From NCBI GenBank assembly GCA_965207225.1, contig CBDBLV010000001.1, positions 186,239-250,238 of the forward strand: DNA of 64,000 nt, in the 5' to 3' direction. The stretch comes from Dehalococcoidia bacterium (GTDB lineage: Bacteria; Chloroflexota; Dehalococcoidia; Plut-88900). Shown here piece by piece: positions 1-9,806 of the stretch. The position numbers and the translations under genes were made by a program. Position 1 is the stretch's first letter; the number at the start of each line of letters is the position of its first letter. The notes under the pieces were generated by a model that was not told the origin of the DNA, ran no database searches, and saw nothing but the letters and a program-made list of their open reading frames with translations.

Positions 1-1364
1 GCGCGAGCCATGTCCGCGTACTCCCCCTCCGGGTCGATGACGTAGGCGGTGACGCCGCGCGTCAATCCCCTGAGCACGCCCAGCTTGGTTGCGAAAGACT
101 TGCCGCTGCCCGACCGTGCGAGGACTGCCGTGTTGGCGTTGAGATGGGTGCCGTCCCAGGGGTCGTAGACCACGGGGGAGCAGGCCCGCATGTCGATGCC
201 GTAGAGGGTGCCGCTTCTTGTGTCCAGGTCCGGCGGCGAGAAGGGGAAGAGCCTCGCAAGGCTGGACGTGTCCAGGGTCCTCCACTCGGCCACGGCGTTC
301 AGGGCAAGGGGCAATGTCGATAGCAGCCCCTCCCGCTGCCTGAACGCCAGGTTGTCCAGCTTGCCGAGAGTGGCGGCAAAATGGGCCTTGGCCCTCTGGG
401 TCATCTCCTTCAGCGACGCCTCGTCCTTCGCGTGGAGGGTCACGGATAAAGAGGAGTGAAATAGGCGCTCCCTGCCCCTCTGCACCTCGTTCCTGAGCCT
501 GGTCACGTCCTCCAGGGCGATCTCGGCCTCGGGCGACATGGTTCGCCCCCGCTTGAAGGAGAGTGATTGCGCCGACTCGAATCTGACCTTCTGCCATTCG
601 AGGGTGCGGGCCGCCTGCTCGGCGGGGATCGGCCCCAGATGAATGGACAGGTCCATGGGCGCTCCCGCCGCCATGAGTCCTTGCAGGAACCCCGGGGCCA
701 GCGATCTCGGCCACTTGCCCAGGTGAAGGGAGCGGATGAGATGCGTGCCAATGCGCATGTCGCGCCGGTTGACCTGCACCTCGATCTCTTCGTTCTCGTC
801 CACGTCAACAGGCGAGCCACCCAGGGCTGCGGCTACAAGGAACATTCGAAGCTGCCTGCCCCTGAGGGGGTGGACGGAGAGTCCGGCCCTCGCCAGCAGA
901 CCCCGCAGCTCGTCGATGCGGGCGTGCCCGCAGACGGCGTAGAAGCGCCGGTCCAGGATGCCGTCCCGGGCCTCCAGGTCGGTCAGCAGCCGGTTCAGCG
1001 AGTCGGCGGCGGCTCTCGTCTGCGGCGGCAGGTCGTCGGGTTGGGCCGCTTGCAGCTTCTCCCGCAGACCGCCAAGGCGCGGCGGGTGCTGGCGCATGAG
1101 CAGCTGCACCGGGAAGTCGAGGGCGTTGAGCGCCCCGGCGAAGGCCCCCAGCTTCGGCTCGTCGATCTCAAGCCCCATCACCTCGCACACTCCCACCTTC
1201 ACCCCGTCCAGCCGCACGGGGCCGTCCTCCTCCAGGTGCGACAGCATGAAGAAGAAGGGCAGACCGGGCGGCGGCTTCGGAACCGGAGCGGTCCCTTCGG
1301 GCGGCGCGGCGTCCGCCGTCCGCTCCGTGTTTCGTCTCTTGATTCGTTCAAGCAGCTCTTTCAA
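1..1364 (-). CDS. VirB4/ConE-like conjugative T4SS ATPase (runs off window start)
   Basis: Translated by hand (not in ORF track): TTG at 1364 after GAAGGAG; open to window edge; Walker A in NANTAVLARSGSGKS followed by VIDPEGEY, typical of VirB4. Confidence 0.9.
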   Translation of the reverse strand, partial: MKELLERIKRRNTERTADAAPPEGTAPVPKPPPGLPFFFMLSHLEEDGPVRLDGVKVGVCEVMGLEIDEPKLGAFAGALNALDFPVQLLMRQHPPRLGGLREKLQAAQPDDLPPQTRAAADSLNRLLTDLEARDGILDRRFYAVCGHARIDELRGLLARAGLSVHPLRGRQLRMFLVAAALGGSPVDVDENEEIEVQVNRRDMRIGTHLIRSLHLGKWPRSLAPGFLQGLMAAGAPMDLSIHLGPIPAEQAARTLEWQKVRFESAQSLSFKRGRTMSPEAEIALEDVTRLRNEVQRGRERLFHSSLSVTLHAKDEASLKEMTQRAKAHFAATLGKLDNLAFRQREGLLSTLPLALNAVAEWRTLDTSSLARLFPFSPPDLDTRSGTLYGIDMRACSPVVYDPWDGTHLNANTAVLARSGSGKSFATKLGVLRGLTRGVTAYVIDPEGEYADMAR

Positions 1365-1383
1365 CTCGGTTGTCTCCTTCGTG

Positions 1384-1701
1384 CTAGGGGGTGGGGAACG
1401 GGCCGATGCCGCTGCGCAGCAGTGCGGCGACGGCCTTGGCCAGCAGCACCAGCACAAGGCCCACGGCTGCCATGACCACGGCGGTCCTGGCCCTGCCGCC
1501 GCCACGCTCCTCCGCGCCCTCGGCCATCAGGACGAAGCCCGCCCAGACGACGGCGAAGACGGCGAGTCCGGCGGCGGCGTAGGCCATTGCGGTCAGCACC
1601 GCGTCGAAGGCGGCCAGCATCGCTTCCTTCTCCGCCGGGGCCGCGCCGACGGTCGCCAGCGCAGCCCAGGCAAGGAGGATTGCCGTCCATGCCCGTCTCA
1701 C
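1384..1701 (-). CDS. TrbC/VirB2-like pilin
   Basis: Signal-like N-terminus, two hydrophobic helices with GFVLMAEGAEE...ARTAVV loop; GTG start overlaps upstream stop (track start 1716). Confidence 0.6.
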   Translation of the reverse strand: MRRAWTAILLAWAALATVGAAPAEKEAMLAAFDAVLTAMAYAAAGLAVFAVVWAGFVLMAEGAEERGGGRARTAVVMAAVGLVLVLLAKAVAALLRSGIGPFPTP

Positions 1702-3377
1702 CAGGGCCACTCCCATCCCAACCGGCGGAACCAGTCGGTCAGGTCGCCGCCGGGCGTCTGCTCGGCGGGCGGGTCTTCGGGCTCAGGCTGAGGCAGTGCC
1801 AGCAGGGCAAAGGCGTCGTCGGAACCGATTTCCGAGGCCAGCGATAGCGACTCTTCCCTTGTCCTGGTGAGGGGTTCTCGGTCGGTCGTCTCAGCCTTGA
1901 CGTGCTCGGGATGGACGATGGTGAGGGTCACGTCCCTCTGCACCGTCTCGCCGGGCACCGACAGGGTGGCGGAGACGGTGTGCTCCGTGGTAGTTCCGTC
2001 ATCGTTGGTGACGGTGACCGTTTCGCTGACGGTTTGGGTCGTCCCCGGCCTCCACAGACTCACCGTCTCGGTGCGCTTCTCCGTCCGCTCCGGGTGGTGG
2101 GTGAGCGTCGTCAGCGGAGGGATGGGGATGCGGAGGGTAGCCTCAAGACTCACGTCCAGGCTCACGGCGTGAATCGCCTCGCCGGTGGGCGCGGCGAGCC
2201 GGAAGCTCGTCTCCCCGTCGGGGACGAATGCGACGCTCGCGGTCGATGCTCCCGTCGTGGCAACGACCGTTCCCGTGATGGCAGTCACCCCGGCGTCCAT
2301 GAGCGCCGTCTCGGTGACGCTCTCGTGTCCGGCCACCGTCTGAAGCTCGACCGGGTGCTCGACGGCGTCAACGCAGTCGGACTCGACGACGCCGGTGACG
2401 ATCCCCGGCGTCCAGCCGAAGGAGATCACGTTCAGGTTGCACAGCTCGCCCTCGACTTCGGGGAGCGGGTACGGTATCCGGTCATGCTCCCAGGTGAGCG
2501 CTCCCGCCTGTCCCAGCGCGTCCTCCCAGGAAACGGCAAAGGAGGGCATTGGTCCGTTGAGGGGCAGCGAATAGTCGATGCTCTCTCCCTCTGTCAGCGT
2601 CGCCGAGCCCCAGAAGCGCAGGGTCGTGCCCTGGCCGCCGCCGAAGGCTCTCACCCGGATGTCCAGGTCGGTGGCCGCTCTCAGGGTCACTGCGGCCCGG
2701 TCGCCGGAGACGGTAAGCGCCTCGACGAATATCCGCCGTCCCTCCACCGGCTCCGTGACCTCGAAGTCGATCTCGTCCCGCCAGGGCTCGTGGCCGTCGG
2801 CAAGGACCGACTGGGGGACGGTCGCGGCCATCGCCACTGCGACGACCGCCATGACCGCTATCCAGCCCTTCGGTCCGTGGCCCTGGCTGTCGCGGCCCGC
2901 CTTGCGGGAACGGCGCTTGCCGAACCAGCAGTGGGGTCGGAATGGCTTTCTTTCACCGTTGCGCTTCTGCTTCCTGCGGCGGCGCAGCCTCTTGAGGGTC
3001 TTTCCGGCCCGCCTCGCCATCAGCCGCAGGGGGCCGGGGCCGCCCTTCACCGGCTGCAACGTGACCGGCGGCTCAGGACGCACCAGTTGGGACACAGGCC
3101 CGGCGTAGACCCTGGCTCCCAGCCGGTACTTGAGCAGGTCGGCGGCCACCAGCGGCAGCCGCCGACCTCCTATCTTTCCCACCACTACTGCGATGCCCAT
3201 CAGCCCGAACAGGACGGCGAATCCCATCCGCACCTCGTTCGGCCCAACGGGGGCGTAGCGGTATGCGCCGTAGGACAGGGCGCACACCGCCACCACCGCC
3301 ACGATCTGCGGGAAGGTGAACCACAGCAGCACCCTGTCCTCGGCCTGCACGTGGGTCGGTACCTCGTGTTCTCTCAT
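1698..3377 (-). CDS. PrgI-family protein with large C-terminal extension
   Basis: N-terminus HEVPTHVQAEDRVLLWFTFPQ plus 2 TM and GGRRL resembles PrgI/VirB3-like; lies upstream of VirB4. Confidence 0.7.
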   Translation of the reverse strand: MREHEVPTHVQAEDRVLLWFTFPQIVAVVAVCALSYGAYRYAPVGPNEVRMGFAVLFGLMGIAVVVGKIGGRRLPLVAADLLKYRLGARVYAGPVSQLVRPEPPVTLQPVKGGPGPLRLMARRAGKTLKRLRRRRKQKRNGERKPFRPHCWFGKRRSRKAGRDSQGHGPKGWIAVMAVVAVAMAATVPQSVLADGHEPWRDEIDFEVTEPVEGRRIFVEALTVSGDRAAVTLRAATDLDIRVRAFGGGQGTTLRFWGSATLTEGESIDYSLPLNGPMPSFAVSWEDALGQAGALTWEHDRIPYPLPEVEGELCNLNVISFGWTPGIVTGVVESDCVDAVEHPVELQTVAGHESVTETALMDAGVTAITGTVVATTGASTASVAFVPDGETSFRLAAPTGEAIHAVSLDVSLEATLRIPIPPLTTLTHHPERTEKRTETVSLWRPGTTQTVSETVTVTNDDGTTTEHTVSATLSVPGETVQRDVTLTIVHPEHVKAETTDREPLTRTREESLSLASEIGSDDAFALLALPQPEPEDPPAEQTPGGDLTDWFRRLGWEWPW

Positions 3378-3395
3378 TGCTTTCTCTCCCTTCAC

Positions 3396-3680
3396 CTATT
3401 CCTCGGGGGTGGGTGTGGCTGGGTTGGGCACGTCGATCTCCACGGGGTTGCCCACCACCGCGTTCATCACCAGCTCGACGACCCCGTAGGCCACCATCGC
3501 CAGGACGATGCCCGCCAGGGCGGTCATCATGGCGCTCTTGCCCCGCTCCATCTGGTGGGGCGCTCCCGATGCCGTCAGGTACAGGTAGGCCCCGTAGATG
3601 AAGAAGCCCACGCCCACGACTCCCACGATCCCCAGCAAAATGCCCACCAGGTTCGATATGGTCTGTGTCAGGTCTTCCAT
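3396..3680 (-). CDS. TrbC/VirB2-like pilin
   Basis: 94 aa, two TM helices with YGAYLYLTASGAPHQMERGK pilin-type loop. Confidence 0.75.
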   Translation of the reverse strand: MEDLTQTISNLVGILLGIVGVVGVGFFIYGAYLYLTASGAPHQMERGKSAMMTALAGIVLAMVAYGVVELVMNAVVGNPVEIDVPNPATPTPEE

Positions 3681-3836
3681 CTGTTTTCGCTCCTCTCGTT
3701 CTTCGAGCCTTTCGCTCGTCTCTATCGGTCTCGTTCTCGTTGTCCTTCTAGCTGCACATCTCTCCCCCTCCGTCGTCGCGTTGGTCGGCGCACTCTTTGC
3801 CGCGCCTTGGTGATTTCGTTGTCCTTGTTGTTGAGG

Positions 3837-4817
3837 TCACTCGTTGGCGCTCCTAGGAGCCTCGCCGCCCGCGTCTCCACCGCCCGACGGGGTCGCCATC
3901 GAAGCCGCCGAGCTGAGGCCGCCAGCCGCAGCCGACAGCCCCGCGCTGGCCGCAACCGCTCCGACCGCAACGCCTCCAGGCCCGCCCGCCGCTCCCCCAG
4001 CCATCAGCCCGATGGTCCGGGCCGACCGCACCATCGACGCGGGCAGGTTCATGCCGAAATAGAGCATCGACAGCCAGCTATCGAAGGTGCCGGCGTTGCC
4101 AAGCAATGACGGCACCCTGGTCGCCATGTAGACGAAGGCCAGACTCATCAAGAGCTTCCAGACCAGGTCCTGCACCGGCTCGAAGGCCGCTATCTGCGCC
4201 ACCTCGTTCAGGAACCCGAACCCCAACGCCAACGCGATGAGCTGGATCGCCTGCTGGAAGGTGGTCGTCATGAAGAGCCTGAGCCAGTGCCTTCCCCATC
4301 CCGCCGTGTGCGGCAGAATCCACAGACCCAGGGCTATAGGAGCCAGGGCGAGAAGAATGTCGATCAACGCAAGGCGTAGGATCATCTGCACGATGACGTA
4401 GAGGACGAAGAAGCCGTAGACCAGGTAGAGAAGGGCCAGCAGCAACGCCATGCCCACGCTCCCCGCCTGAACTGCGGTGAGCAGAGTCTTGAGGGTGGAG
4501 CGGAGCATGTCCCCGGCGGTGACGTTCAGAGATACCGCGACGAAGCCGGACACGGCGTCGGCAACGTCGATGACCAGCGCGCACCACCACAGGGAGGACG
4601 CGGCGGCCACAAGCCCCAGCACCAGACGGGGGACCATCTCCCGCCATCCGGCCTGACGGCTGCCAAGGTGCTCGCTGACGATGAACGTGAGGCCCATCCA
4701 GCCCAGGATCACAATGAGCGCGCCCGACGTGACGGCCCAGACGACCATCCACGCCTGCTGGACAAGGTCGTGGGCGTAGGTGAGGTCGGGAGGAGTCCCG
4801 GTGAGGATGTCGCTCAT
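3837..4817 (-). CDS. TrbL/VirB6-like conjugal transfer membrane protein
   Basis: Polytopic; ILLALAPIALGLWILPHT...WLRLF motif; Gly/Ala-rich tail. Confidence 0.8.
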   Translation of the reverse strand: MSDILTGTPPDLTYAHDLVQQAWMVVWAVTSGALIVILGWMGLTFIVSEHLGSRQAGWREMVPRLVLGLVAAASSLWWCALVIDVADAVSGFVAVSLNVTAGDMLRSTLKTLLTAVQAGSVGMALLLALLYLVYGFFVLYVIVQMILRLALIDILLALAPIALGLWILPHTAGWGRHWLRLFMTTTFQQAIQLIALALGFGFLNEVAQIAAFEPVQDLVWKLLMSLAFVYMATRVPSLLGNAGTFDSWLSMLYFGMNLPASMVRSARTIGLMAGGAAGGPGGVAVGAVAASAGLSAAAGGLSSAASMATPSGGGDAGGEAPRSANE

Positions 4818-4820
4818 GAG

Positions 4821-5435
4821 CTAACTCCCCTCACAGTTGTCGGCGTCCTCCCCCGAGGCCCGCTCAACGACACCGCACAGCGTCCCGTGGACTCCCTCGA
4901 TCACCCAGCCGGCTGCGGCCCTGGCCCAACGGGAGGGGTTGAGGGCGCTCAGAATCTTGTCCCAGATGCGTCCCGGCTCGTGGATGGGGACGACGGCATA
5001 GAAGTCGCCCCGGTTGCCGTCCTCCGCCACCGCCAGCATGACCAGCAGGTAGGCGCGGTCCGGGTCGAGGTCGGGCTGCTCGTCCAGCTTGGGATACTCC
5101 CAGGAGTACTCCCAGCCGTCGGAGTGCTTCTTCTCGCCGCCCCGGACCCGGTACATGGCGGATATCCAGTCGCCGGTGTCGGCGTCTCTGACGGCGTAGA
5201 AGAGGTCTTGGAGCTTGCGGTCGAAGAGGGGCCGTGCGACGAACTCGCCGCCCTTCTTGCGCTCGACGAATTCTCTGTCGGTGTTGACCAGGGTGATGTC
5301 GCCAGCGGGCGGCGATTGGGCCAGGGCGAGGTTGCTGGTGGGGACGGCCACAAGCGCCGCCAGCAGCAGCGCAATCGCCGTCGGAATGAGCCGCCCTGCC
5401 GGCCGGAGCTTCGATTTCTGCGCCAAGACGTTCAC
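4821..5435 (-). CDS. Secreted hypothetical protein, first gene of transfer operon
   Basis: Signal peptide ending ALA-Q; 3 nt upstream of TrbL. Confidence 0.65.
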   Translation of the reverse strand: MNVLAQKSKLRPAGRLIPTAIALLLAALVAVPTSNLALAQSPPAGDITLVNTDREFVERKKGGEFVARPLFDRKLQDLFYAVRDADTGDWISAMYRVRGGEKKHSDGWEYSWEYPKLDEQPDLDPDRAYLLVMLAVAEDGNRGDFYAVVPIHEPGRIWDKILSALNPSRWARAAAGWVIEGVHGTLCGVVERASGEDADNCEGS

Positions 5436-5702
5436 CTCTCTGCGGTTTCGTGCGGCCTATCGGTTTGGGCCGCCGCAGGAGAGTGTGAACAAATCAAACG
5501 CCGAAAAAGACCCCACGCATGGTGGCACCATCCATGCCCTCTTATCTGAGGCCCGTTTCGTGCAGTATTGGGGGTGTACAGGAAATGGACTTTTGTGACT
5601 GAGTGGTCAAAGTCGTGATTTCGTAGCTAAATCAGGGGCAAAACCCCCTCTACAGGAGGTGAACGGTGAGCAATCTGATGAAAGGGCGGAGTCCGGTCTC
5701 CA

Positions 5703-5799
5703 ATGACAAAAAGAGGCTTGAGGTGGGGGTGCATGACGCGGCCAAAATCGACGGCCCGATGACAAAAACGGCCGAAAAGTCCGCTTGAGGTGGGGGTGC
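5703..5799 (+). repeat. Direct repeats in ICE divergent intergenic region
   Basis: GCTTGAGGTGGGGGTGC at 5716 and 5783; ATGACAAAAA at 5703 and 5759. Confidence 0.8.
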
Positions 5800-5884
5800 G
5801 TTACGCGGGGCGAGAGATCGGGCGAATCACGGACTTGGTGGAATTCATAGCTGGAACGAGTTTTCGGAGAAGGAGGAAATTGCC

Positions 5885-6742
5885 ATGAAGACGACCGAAC
5901 ACGGCATCGAGGACAGCAGAGACGTGGAGAACATGTACCACATGAGGCTCATGACGTTGCTGCAAGAGCTGGTGCGGGAGCGGGGATACAAGGGCGCGGC
6001 GCGGGTGTTGGAGATCGACCAGCGCACGGTGGCCGAGAGCGCCAGGACGGGACGGCTGTCGCGGCGGATGCGGGAGGCCCTGGAGCGGGCCTTGCAGGAG
6101 GGCGTGGGTTCTGCGGCGGCCCGCCAGCGAGAGCGCAACGACGCCTTGGAGGAGCGCCTGGGGGAGTTGGAGAACGCGGTGGAGTCGCTGGGCAAGGAGG
6201 CGCGCAGGCGGCTGTCCAGGGTGGAAGGCGCGGTGGAGGCTCTGGCAAAGGAGGGCACAGTGAGTCCGAAGACGACCGGGGCCGGTCACGCCGGCGCCGG
6301 TCCCTCGGAGCAGAGCGCTGATAAAGGAGAGGATGCAGGGTCAGTGAGCGAAGGAAGTCCTGCGTCAAAGTCCTCGATGCGGCGCGAGTACCCCGAGCTG
6401 GTGACCCTTGAGCCCGCCGATGACGACGAGGAGGTCTTCGGAGACGCCTGGTCCCTGATCGTCCGGTGGCGGGCGTTGAAGGAGTCTCACCCCAACGAGG
6501 GAAGGGGTTTTGAGTGGCTCGTCGAGCGAGAAAGTCTGCTGGAGGTAGAACTGGCGCTCCTCGAAGAACACGGGATGACGCTCCCCCCGGAGAAGCAGCC
6601 CCTGCACGGCCTCGACCGCAGCGGCCAGGTCAGCTGGCGCAGGAAGGCCCTCTTCGATACAAAGAAGGCGCTGGCCAGGCGCGAGATCGTGGGACGGGTC
6701 GTGGGCTTTCTGACACTGAAGTGGTCGCGGCCTTCGCCGTGA
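5885..6742 (+). CDS. Hypothetical ICE protein with N-terminal HTH-like motif and coiled coil
   Basis: AGGAGG RBS; GYKGAARVLEIDQRTVAES HTH-like segment. Confidence 0.65.
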   Translation: MKTTEHGIEDSRDVENMYHMRLMTLLQELVRERGYKGAARVLEIDQRTVAESARTGRLSRRMREALERALQEGVGSAAARQRERNDALEERLGELENAVESLGKEARRRLSRVEGAVEALAKEGTVSPKTTGAGHAGAGPSEQSADKGEDAGSVSEGSPASKSSMRREYPELVTLEPADDDEEVFGDAWSLIVRWRALKESHPNEGRGFEWLVERESLLEVELALLEEHGMTLPPEKQPLHGLDRSGQVSWRRKALFDTKKALARREIVGRVVGFLTLKWSRPSP

Positions 6743-7159
6743 TGCTCCGCATTGCGGATGCGGGAGTGAACTTTGAAGCAATTTTCGGGGTGGGGGCATG
6801 CGTGGGGTCTTTTCGGCGTCGGAGACCTGCGATAATTGCCTCACTGTTTGGCTTTCTCCAAGGTTTCCGACCATAGAAACCTGGGTGCGTGATCCCTGTT
6901 GCACGGGCTTTGCCCAAGAGGGAATGCTGGCAATGCGGAGTTTGACGTTGGTCCTTCGCAACCAGCGCGGGCCGATTCGACGGAGTTGACGCAAGGGCCT
7001 CCGTCCCCGGCTCAGTCCGGCGGTTGAAGTTTGACGTTGATCCCTCACCCGCTGGGCATAGGTCTGACGGCTGGGGTTGATCGCCTCATCCGTTGGGCCA
7101 AGGAGGACGGGTGCGCATGAGCGCCTCGTCCCCGGCAAACTGGTCGAAGTGCGCCTGGA

Positions 7160-8888
7160 GGCTGTCCCATAAGTGGGAAGTGACGGATAGCGCCCCGGCA
7201 GCTGTTCCGACGCGACATCTACGAAGAGATGAAGATGCCGCTTAGACCAGGGTTCGCTTTTACGACCCCAGCCGGGAAGTGATAGGGGAATGCTGGATTG
7301 AAGGGTGAGAGTTGTGTAGTAGCGGCAGTTGCTGTGAGAGAGTGGGGAGAGGCACTAGGCCGCGGATACTTGAGTGGAGGGGTCGGCTCCGGGTCTCCAC
7401 GCCTTCCAGATAGTGCGGAGGTTGAAGGCGATGGCAAGCACCGTCCATTCGGCCTTCACGTTGGCAAGGCCACGCAACAGGAACCTCCGAGCCCTCAGTT
7501 GTTCCTTAAAGATCCCGAAGACCGGTTCGACCAGGTACTTCCTCCGTTTGTAGGCCGTCGTGGCTGCCTCGGTAGACATCCATTCTCTGTGAGCGCGCAG
7601 TACATGGTCGCGTGCCCCGATTTCTAGCTTGCGTCCCCGTGGGTAATCCTTGGTGCAGACCCCAAATGCGGGGCAACTGCGGCAGGCCGAGGCAGAGGCT
7701 GCTCGGTATACCCGGACCGGCGTTCCGGCGTTTGTGGACGAGCTGGAGAAGCGCAATATCTTTCCATGAGGACAGACGTACCTGTCGTTGCCCTCGTCAT
7801 AGGTGAATCGGTCCTTGTGATAGGGATTGTCCAGTGGTCGGGCCATATCCGGCATTGCCACTTGCTGACCTTTACGGTGACTCGCCTCCAGGTTCCGGCC
7901 TCCACAATAACCGGCGTCTGCCAACGTCAACGGAGTCCTGGTTCCTGTAACACCCTCTGCCTGTTCCATCATCGGGGTCAACTGGAGGGCGTCATTGACT
8001 TGGTCCACAACGTCTACGGCGGTCAGCAGCATGCCGGTCGTCTGTCCGCCTGGTGCCAGCGGTGACACCATAGCTTGGGCGTTGTAGCTGGGCATGAAGC
8101 CCTGACGGGTCCTCATGAGTTTTGCATCCCGATCGGTGAGGTTGATGCGCTTGCGATTCCGCTCAGAAGCCAACTCGTCCATCGCATGACGAATCTGCTC
8201 CCTCAGCGTTTGCTTGTTGGCTAATTCTTCCGGCAGATGTAATGCGGGGGTATCCTCACCTGCTTCGTTCTGAGCTTCAAGGTCGGAGATCGCCTTCTCC
8301 ACCCTGTTCAATAACCGACCCAACTCCCCCGCATCGTAGGTCCTATCTCTTGCCGCATTGGCCCCCACCTTAGTTCCGTCAACCGCCTGCACCGCCAGAT
8401 CCACCAGCTTCATCGTCACCGCCGTGCGCACAGTGCGCTCGAACAGCTTCCTCATGGACTGCCTGTGTTCCTTGTAGAACCGCCACAAGGTGTTGTGGTC
8501 AGGATGCTGCCAGCCGGTCAGCCACAGATACGGTATCTGGTCCCGGCAGGCCGCCTCCAACTTGCGGCAGGAGCGCACCCCGGTCATGAAACCGTACAGC
8601 CACACGCTCAACAAAGCGCGGGGATGGTAGGCCGGCGCTCCCATCGGGTCGCCGTCTATCTCCACGCCGAGTTCAGCCCAGCCTTCCCTATCCAGTGCGT
8701 CCACAAACTCGGCCACGAATCGGGCTGGATGGTCTAACGGCAACAGATCGTCAAGAGTCGGGGGCAACAGCCACATCTGTTCTCGGTCCATATCTCGAAG
8801 CGGCATCTCCATCTCTCCTTCGTCGATGTCGCTTCAAAGGTACACCTAACAAGGTTCCATTCACCACTCCCCAACTTCTGAGACAGGC
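7160..8888 (-). mobile_element. IS1182-family insertion sequence
   Basis: Imperfect terminal IRs GGCTGTCCCATAAGTGGG / GCCTGTCTCAGAAGTTGGG around transposase; no clean target duplication. Confidence 0.85.
7355..8812 (-). CDS. IS1182-family DDE transposase
   Basis: REQMWLLPP...HPARFV, GAPAYHP, AVDGTKV, TDRDA, ADAGY, VEPVFG motifs. Confidence 0.95.
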   Translation of the reverse strand: MEMPLRDMDREQMWLLPPTLDDLLPLDHPARFVAEFVDALDREGWAELGVEIDGDPMGAPAYHPRALLSVWLYGFMTGVRSCRKLEAACRDQIPYLWLTGWQHPDHNTLWRFYKEHRQSMRKLFERTVRTAVTMKLVDLAVQAVDGTKVGANAARDRTYDAGELGRLLNRVEKAISDLEAQNEAGEDTPALHLPEELANKQTLREQIRHAMDELASERNRKRINLTDRDAKLMRTRQGFMPSYNAQAMVSPLAPGGQTTGMLLTAVDVVDQVNDALQLTPMMEQAEGVTGTRTPLTLADAGYCGGRNLEASHRKGQQVAMPDMARPLDNPYHKDRFTYDEGNDRYVCPHGKILRFSSSSTNAGTPVRVYRAASASACRSCPAFGVCTKDYPRGRKLEIGARDHVLRAHREWMSTEAATTAYKRRKYLVEPVFGIFKEQLRARRFLLRGLANVKAEWTVLAIAFNLRTIWKAWRPGADPSTQVSAA

Positions 8889-8890
8889 TG

Positions 8891-9769
8891 GGATGGGACT
8901 GCGACCCATTCGAGGCTAGGGTGGAAGACGGCAGGTTGTATGGTTTAGGCTCAGTGGATATGAAGGGCGCTCTTGCGGCGACCCTCATCGCGGCAAAAGC
9001 CTACGCCGGCCTGGATACCGGCGAACCCTTAACCCTGATTTACACCACCGATGAGGAAACCGACACCCAGGGAGCGCGCCGCATCGTCGACGAATCAGAA
9101 GTGCTTGGTTCCGTCGGGCCCCGGTACTGCATAATCGCCGAGCCGACGAACCTGCAGGTAGTCAATACTCACAAGGCGGCTATCACCTTCAAGGCCACGG
9201 CTCAGGGGAGGGCGGCCCACAGCTCCAGTGGCAAAGGTGTGAATGCGAACATCGCGATGATCCCCTTCATCCACGAAATGGGCAGGCTCTATGAAGAACT
9301 GGTCGAGGACGAGGCGTACTGGGACCCGGACTTCGAGCCTCCGTTTCCGGACTGGAATATCACCATAGACAACCACGGCACGGCAGCCAACGTGACCGTG
9401 CCCCTGAGCACTTGTCGGGTGAATTTCCGCTACAGCCGTGCCTTGGATCCGGGGGCAGTGATGGCTAGAGTCAGGGAGTCGGCAGAAAAGGCCGGTGTAG
9501 AGCTGGAATCCTGGAGCAGCGGACCCCCGCTCTATCTCCCGCCCGAATCCGAACTCGTGCAACTTGCGCTGGAAGTCACGGGCGAACAGGCGCCCATTTC
9601 CGTGCCATACCGAACGGATGGCTGCATGTTGGCCGAAGCTGTCCCATGCATCGTGGTTGGCCCCGGCGATCTCAGGCAGGCCCATACGGTAAATGAGTGG
9701 GTAAGCGTGGAACAGCTTCACCGGAGTGTCGACCTATATCTGAAGTTCATTCAGGCCGTCTGCCGCTAG
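8891..9769 (+). pseudogene. M20-family (ArgE-like) deacylase, 5'-truncated by IS
   Basis: Frame reads GWDCDPFEARVEDGRLYGLGSVDMKG from IS end; DEE, EPT, AH motifs present; upstream HxDxV metal motif missing. Confidence 0.8.
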
Positions 9770-9806
9770 GGCGGCTTCTCGCCTCAAGGAGGCCGAAATG
9801 TGTGCT

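Larger units (their letters stand above)
5498..6819. repeat. 23/24-bp inverted repeat pair flanking the 5885-6742 gene
   Basis: ACGCCGAAAAAGACCCCACGCATG (5498-5521) vs reverse complement at 6797-6819, one indel. Confidence 0.85.
1..7159. mobile_element. Integrative conjugative element, transfer region (partial)
   Basis: Co-oriented TrbL-pilin-PrgI-pilin-VirB4 operon plus divergent putative regulator; right boundary at IS1182. Confidence 0.75.

Noticed and set aside
567-5549. Long + strand ORFs (302, 277, 735, 293 aa)
   Set aside because: Antisense shadows of the high-GC T4SS genes; no motifs
6365-7138. 257-aa minus-strand ORF
   Set aside because: Overlaps the 5885 gene antisense, low-complexity composition, no family motif
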